Positions 55,989-60,209 of a stretch of 60,209 bases of DNA are shown one piece after another (position 1 is the first letter of the stretch; each line of letters starts with the position of its first letter). This DNA is from Vulcanimicrobiota bacterium (GTDB taxonomy: Bacteria; Vulcanimicrobiota; Vulcanimicrobiia; Vulcanimicrobiales; Vulcanimicrobiaceae), in the NCBI GenBank assembly GCA_003135555.1, contig PLCF01000063.1:1-60209 (forward strand). Reading direction: 5' to 3'. Below the pieces are notes generated by a model that saw only the letters and a program-made list of their open reading frames with translations, was not told where the DNA came from and did not search any database. The position numbers were made by a program, and so were the translations under genes.

Positions 55989-57710
55989 TCAGTACACCAG
56001 CTTTCCGACGCGGCCCGGATTGAGGCCGGTGCCCGATTCGGCAAACCAGATCGAACCGTCAGGCGCGACCGCGATCCCCTTCAGACCTAGGCCGGTGACC
56101 GGCGACGTGTACTCGCTGACCGTACCGAAAATGCTGACGCGGCCGATGCGGTCGAGCCCGGACTCGGTGACCCACAAGCCGTCGTCCTTACCGGCGGTAA
56201 TCCCGATCGGATTGGAGGTCGCTGTCGTCGTCGGGAACTCGTCGATGGTCGGTGCCGGCCAGCCGGCCGGGTTCAGCCGAGCCACCCGGCTCGTACCGAA
56301 CTCGGTGAACCACATGCAAGGGCTGCCGCCGCAGGTCGTCTCGGCGGCAGGTCCGCGCACGATCTGCGCCGGCGCGCTTCCCGTCGGCAGCGGCACTTCG
56401 GTGATGGCGCCGAAGAGCATCGGGATCCGGCCGAGCTGATCGACCGCGTTCTCGGTGAAGTAGAGGTTGAGGTCCGGCGCCGGTGCGATGCCGAACGGCT
56501 TCGAGTTCGGCGTCGGAATCGTCGTCTCGCCGGAAACGCCCGACGTGAGACCTTGGAATCCGACGTGGTTGCCGGTGTTGCCGGTGAACCACACGTTGCC
56601 GTCACCGCGGTCGGTCAGCAGTTGCGGACCGTCGGTGGCGAACAACGTGCTGAACTCGGTGTATGCACAGGCCGTCGTCACGCGGGTGATCTTGCTGCCG
56701 GCGAACTCCGTGAACCACAGGTTGCCGTCGGACGCGCTGATGATCCCCCGCGGGTCCGATGCCGCCGTCGGGATGGCCGGGCACTCGGTTACGACGCCGG
56801 CGGGGGTGATCTTCGCAATGGTGTTGCCCGGGTTTTCGGTGAACCACATGTTGCCGTCGCTGCCCGCCGCGATCCACTGCGGCCGGTTGGCGGCGACCGG
56901 GATCGAGAACTGGTAGAAGGTCGGCGTCGGGGTGAAGGCCGCGGCCTGCGTGCTGACGCCGGTCGCTCGCGCAACCACGAACGCGATGGGGCCATCGGGC
57001 AATCCGCTATTCAGCGTTGCCCCGTTGTAGGTCAGGGTCGCGGTGGTGGACGAGTTCGGAAGCGTCGTGGTCGAGAGCGCGAGCGTGCCGCTGTTCGTGT
57101 CGTCCTGGATCGAGAGCCGGATCGGCGTGCTGTAGTCTCCCGGCCCGACGATCGTATTCCCGTCGGCGTCCTTCGCGGATGCGTTGACGTTGACCGTCGC
57201 CGGAACGCCCGCATTGGGCGCCGGATTGCTGAGTGCGATCGTCAGGGAGGCCACGACGCCGTTGAGCACCGCAGAGACGGTATTGGCGGCGCCGAGGACG
57301 ATTGCTTTCGACACCGACGCGCGGCTGAGGACGTTGCCCTGACCGTTCTGGTCATCGTACGTCGCGAAGGCGAACGTGTCGGTGCCGACCGGAGCGTCGA
57401 TCACGATCGTGGTGAGCGGCGCATTCAGGAACTGCGCGTTGCCGCCGTTGACGGTAACCGAGACGCTCCGCGCCGTCGCCGGAACGTAGCGCGGGCTGCG
57501 CCGCACGGTCTGCGTCGTGTCGTTCCACTTCATCGTGAACGTCACGCTGGCGGTCCCCTTGCTCGGGGCCTGCGGCGCTGTCGGCGGCGTTGGGGACGTA
57601 CTCCCACCGCCGCCCGAGCAGCCCGCGACGAACAGGGCCATCGTCGCCGCGCATGCGAGGCGTCTCGCAAGAGGCGACCGCCGAGCAAGAATCATGGTAA
57701 CAGCGCCCAT
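55989..57710 (-). CDS. Lipoprotein with Vgb-like beta-propeller (paralog 2)
   Basis: Lipobox VAGC; same architecture as paralog 1; GAGGAGG RBS. Confidence 0.88.
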   Translation of the reverse strand: MGAVTMILARRSPLARRLACAATMALFVAGCSGGGGSTSPTPPTAPQAPSKGTASVTFTMKWNDTTQTVRRSPRYVPATARSVSVTVNGGNAQFLNAPLTTIVIDAPVGTDTFAFATYDDQNGQGNVLSRASVSKAIVLGAANTVSAVLNGVVASLTIALSNPAPNAGVPATVNVNASAKDADGNTIVGPGDYSTPIRLSIQDDTNSGTLALSTTTLPNSSTTATLTYNGATLNSGLPDGPIAFVVARATGVSTQAAAFTPTPTFYQFSIPVAANRPQWIAAGSDGNMWFTENPGNTIAKITPAGVVTECPAIPTAASDPRGIISASDGNLWFTEFAGSKITRVTTACAYTEFSTLFATDGPQLLTDRGDGNVWFTGNTGNHVGFQGLTSGVSGETTIPTPNSKPFGIAPAPDLNLYFTENAVDQLGRIPMLFGAITEVPLPTGSAPAQIVRGPAAETTCGGSPCMWFTEFGTSRVARLNPAGWPAPTIDEFPTTTATSNPIGITAGKDDGLWVTESGLDRIGRVSIFGTVSEYTSPVTGLGLKGIAVAPDGSIWFAESGTGLNPGRVGKLVY

Positions 57711-57826
57711 GTGCATGCCTCCTCGTATGGAAGTCGAGCGGGGACAACAGCGATACCTGGATGCGCCGTTCCGTGCGGTTTCGCTGCCTTGTAAGCTCAC
57801 GTGCGCAATTTCCTGGTTCCGGGACG

Positions 57827-57862
57827 AAAAAGCCCGCCGCAACCGAAGTTGCGACGGGCTTT
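57827..57862 (-). terminator. Rho-independent terminator
   Basis: Minus strand: GCCCGTCGCAAC-TTCG-GTTGCGGCGGGC-TTTTT. Confidence 0.85.
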
Positions 57863-57875
57863 CGTGCGGGGAGCG

Positions 57876-58379
57876 TCAGTGTTGACTGCGCCGAACGCCG
57901 CTGATCGTGCCCGTTGTCGTCGTGACGGTGACGTTCACGCCGACCGAGCCGCCGTGGTTGTCGGTCACGACGATCGTGCAGGTGCCCGCGGCCACCGCGG
58001 TTACGGTGAACGTTCCGCTGGGGCCGGTGTTCGAAGCCGGCGCGAACGTCGCGATCCCGGCGCACGACGGGCTACCGTTGGCCGCGCTGAACGGGCCGGT
58101 GTAGTTGTTCTCGGTGACCGTGAACTGGGCCGATGAGCCGGCCGCCGTCAACGACAGCGCGACGGCGCTCCCGCCGATCGCCGCCGGAACCGGGGTCGGG
58201 GTTGGGCTCGGCGTCGGCGTTGCCGTCGGCACCGGCGTCGGCGTCGCCGTCGGACCGGGGGTCGGGGTTACGACGACACCCGTGCTGAAGCTCGGCGGGG
58301 CCGAACTGCCGCCGTTGCAGCCCGCGATCGCCGCCGCAGCGACGATGGCGAATGCGGCGAGCGCGGTGCGCAAGCTCAT
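57876..58379 (-). CDS. Small lipoprotein with PT linker and Ig-like domain (copy 2)
   Basis: Near-identical to 55460..55960. Confidence 0.8.
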   Translation of the reverse strand: MSLRTALAAFAIVAAAAIAGCNGGSSAPPSFSTGVVVTPTPGPTATPTPVPTATPTPSPTPTPVPAAIGGSAVALSLTAAGSSAQFTVTENNYTGPFSAANGSPSCAGIATFAPASNTGPSGTFTVTAVAAGTCTIVVTDNHGGSVGVNVTVTTTTGTISGVRRSQH

Positions 58380-58407
58380 CGTCGAGGTTCCTCTCTGCTC
58401 GCGCATC

Positions 58408-60120
58408 TCAGTACACCAGCTTTCCGATGCGGCCCGGATTGAGGCCGGTGCCTGGTTCGCAGAACCACAGCGAGCCGTCCGGCGCGACCGCGATCCCCCG
58501 GAGCCCGAGTCCGCTAAGAGGCGAGGTGAACTCGGTGACCGTTCCACCCGTCGTAATGCGGCCGATCTTGTCGAGACCGGTCTCGGTGAACCAAAGGGCA
58601 CCGTCTTGACCGACCGTGATGCCGGTCGGCGCTCCGTTCGGCGTGAGCGTCGGAAACTCGCCCGTCACCGAGAACGAGTTCGGAGAGAGCCGGCCGATCT
58701 TGTTGCTGCCGAACTCGGTGAACCAGAGGTTACCGTCAGGGCCGCGCACGATCGACTCGGGCACGGAACCGGCGGTCAGGCTGATCTCGCTTTGCGCGGT
58801 GAACAGGTTGGCGATGCGGCCGATCTTGTCGACGGCGGACTCTGTGTAGTACAGGTTGTTGTCCGGCGCGGTCGCGATCCCGAACGGTCCGGAATTCGCG
58901 GTCGGGATGCTCGTCTCACCCGCGACACCCGAGCTGATCCCCTGGAAGCCGACGCGGCTGCTGCCGTTGGCGACGTACCAGATGTTGCCGTCGAGCCGGT
59001 CGACCAATCCAATCGGATTGTCGGGCGGCGGCGGCGCGAACAGGGTCGAGAACTCGGTGAACGTGCCGGTCGTCGTGACCTTCGCGATCTTGCTCGTGCC
59101 CGGCGGCGGCGTCGTCGAGAACTCGGTGAACCACAGGTTCCCGTCGGACGCGCCGATGATCATCTGCGGCTGCGCGTTCGCGGTCGGGACGGTGAACTCG
59201 GTGACCACACCGGCCGGCGTGATCCGAGCGACCGCGCCGCCAGGGTTCTCGGTGAACCACATGTTGCCGTCGGACCCTTGCGCGATCCATTGCGGCCTGT
59301 TGGCCGCGACCGGGATCGAGAATTGGTAGAACGTCGGTGTCGGAGTGAAAGCCGTCGACACGGTGCTGATCCCGGTGCCGCTCGCGGCGATGGTCGCGGT
59401 GGGACCACCGGGCAGACCGCTGTTGAGCGTTCCGCCGTTGTAGGTCAGCGTCGCCGTCGTCGCCGGGCTCGTGAGGTTATTGGTCGAGAGCGACAACGTG
59501 CCGCTGGCGGTCGAATCGTTGATCGCGAGGTGGATCGGGACGCTGTAGTTCCCCGGTCCGACGATCGTGTTGCCGTCGGCATCTCTCGCGGCGACGTTGA
59601 CGTTGACGGTCGCCGGTACGCCTGCGTTCGGCGCGGGGTTGCTCAGCGAGATGGCGATCGAGGCGACGATGCCGTCCAGAACCGCCGTGACCGTGTTCGC
59701 GGTCCCGATCACGACGGCTTTCGTGACCGAGGCGCGGCTAAGGGCGTTGCCCTGACCGTTCGGCTGGTCGAACGTCGTGAACACGAAGGTATCGGTTCCG
59801 ACCGGCGCATCGATCACGATCGTGCTCGCCGGCGCGTTCAGGAACTGCGGAACGCCGCCGTTCACCGAGACCGAGACACTGAGGGCCGTGGCGGGAACGT
59901 AGCGCGGATTGCGCGTCACGCTTTGCGTCCCGTCGGTCCAGTGCATGGTGAAAGTGACGCTCGCCATCTGATTCGACGTCGACTGCTGCCCGCCGGCCGG
60001 CGGCACGGCACGCGCGCCCCCGCCGCCCGAGCAGGCCGCCAGACCCGCGACGATCGCTAAGCTGATCAGGCGCATTCCAGCGCGAGTCGCTCGACCAAAA
60101 CGCAAAGATGAAACGCCCAT
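58408..60120 (-). CDS. Lipoprotein with Vgb-like beta-propeller (paralog 3)
   Basis: Lipobox LAAC; same architecture; start could be 60075. Confidence 0.88.
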   Translation of the reverse strand: MGVSSLRFGRATRAGMRLISLAIVAGLAACSGGGGARAVPPAGGQQSTSNQMASVTFTMHWTDGTQSVTRNPRYVPATALSVSVSVNGGVPQFLNAPASTIVIDAPVGTDTFVFTTFDQPNGQGNALSRASVTKAVVIGTANTVTAVLDGIVASIAISLSNPAPNAGVPATVNVNVAARDADGNTIVGPGNYSVPIHLAINDSTASGTLSLSTNNLTSPATTATLTYNGGTLNSGLPGGPTATIAASGTGISTVSTAFTPTPTFYQFSIPVAANRPQWIAQGSDGNMWFTENPGGAVARITPAGVVTEFTVPTANAQPQMIIGASDGNLWFTEFSTTPPPGTSKIAKVTTTGTFTEFSTLFAPPPPDNPIGLVDRLDGNIWYVANGSSRVGFQGISSGVAGETSIPTANSGPFGIATAPDNNLYYTESAVDKIGRIANLFTAQSEISLTAGSVPESIVRGPDGNLWFTEFGSNKIGRLSPNSFSVTGEFPTLTPNGAPTGITVGQDGALWFTETGLDKIGRITTGGTVTEFTSPLSGLGLRGIAVAPDGSLWFCEPGTGLNPGRIGKLVY

Positions 60121-60209
60121 ACGCGAGTCTCCCTAACCGAGTAGGCAACGAGAAGAATCGTGCAAACACCAGCCCCTGCACGGCCGGTCCGCGGTCGCTG
60201 TAGGCGCCC

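Larger units (their letters stand above)
53726..60120 (-). repeat. Tandem gene-scale duplication [Vgb-like lipoprotein + small lipoprotein] x2 plus a third Vgb-like gene
   Basis: Shared junction CAGTACACCAGCTTTCCGA at ~53727, ~55990 and ~58409; paralogous proteins. Confidence 0.85.

Noticed and set aside
56553..60060. Long plus-strand ORFs (56553..57794, 58105..60060)
   Set aside because: Antisense shadows of the Vgb-like lipoprotein genes; no recognisable motifs.
53726..60120. Virginiamycin B lyase resistance genes
   Set aside because: Only the propeller repeat is shared; these are exported lipoproteins with extra N-terminal domains.

Overview
High-GC bacterial chromosomal window. Gene style (Vgb-propeller lipoproteins with ACSGGG/PT-repeat leaders, Lys/Ala-rich tails) is reminiscent of Ca. 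Eremiobacterota, but this is inference only. Left end (1-6.9 kb): a XerC/D-type tyrosine recombinase, a displaced ~645-bp second copy of the 3' end of acetyl-CoA synthetase (acs), and an A/T-richer two-gene Gabija-like defence module (OLD-family ATPase/TOPRIM nuclease plus UvrD-like helicase). The module is bounded by an exact 17-bp direct repeat in the acs WQTELA codons, i.e. an integrase-less cassette that appears to supply acs with a replacement C-terminus. Middle: GH125, an ECF sigma factor followed by a zinc-finger(ZAS)-O6-methylguanine methyltransferase fusion, a candidate ~190-nt structured sRNA, pcp, a PHP protein with a histone-H1-like tail, a peptide-binding protein, pyrE-like, MBL hydrolase, RCK protein, thiS-thiG, ETF-QO and a large glycolate/glyoxylate cluster (glcF ... 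lytTR/lytS, aceA-aceB, glcE-glcD-gntR, gcl-hyi-glxR, with a clear operator-flanked promoter). glcF has a duplicated 5' end flanking two foreign genes, and this duplication shares a 10-bp motif with the acs core. Right: orphan vapD, oxidoreductase, PrsW, gltB, amidohydrolase, acyl-CoA synthetase, transglutaminase-like and histone-like proteins, and a tandem array of three Vgb-like lipoproteins with two small lipoproteins. No rRNA, tRNA or CRISPR array was seen. Product calls come from recognised motifs, not database searches.
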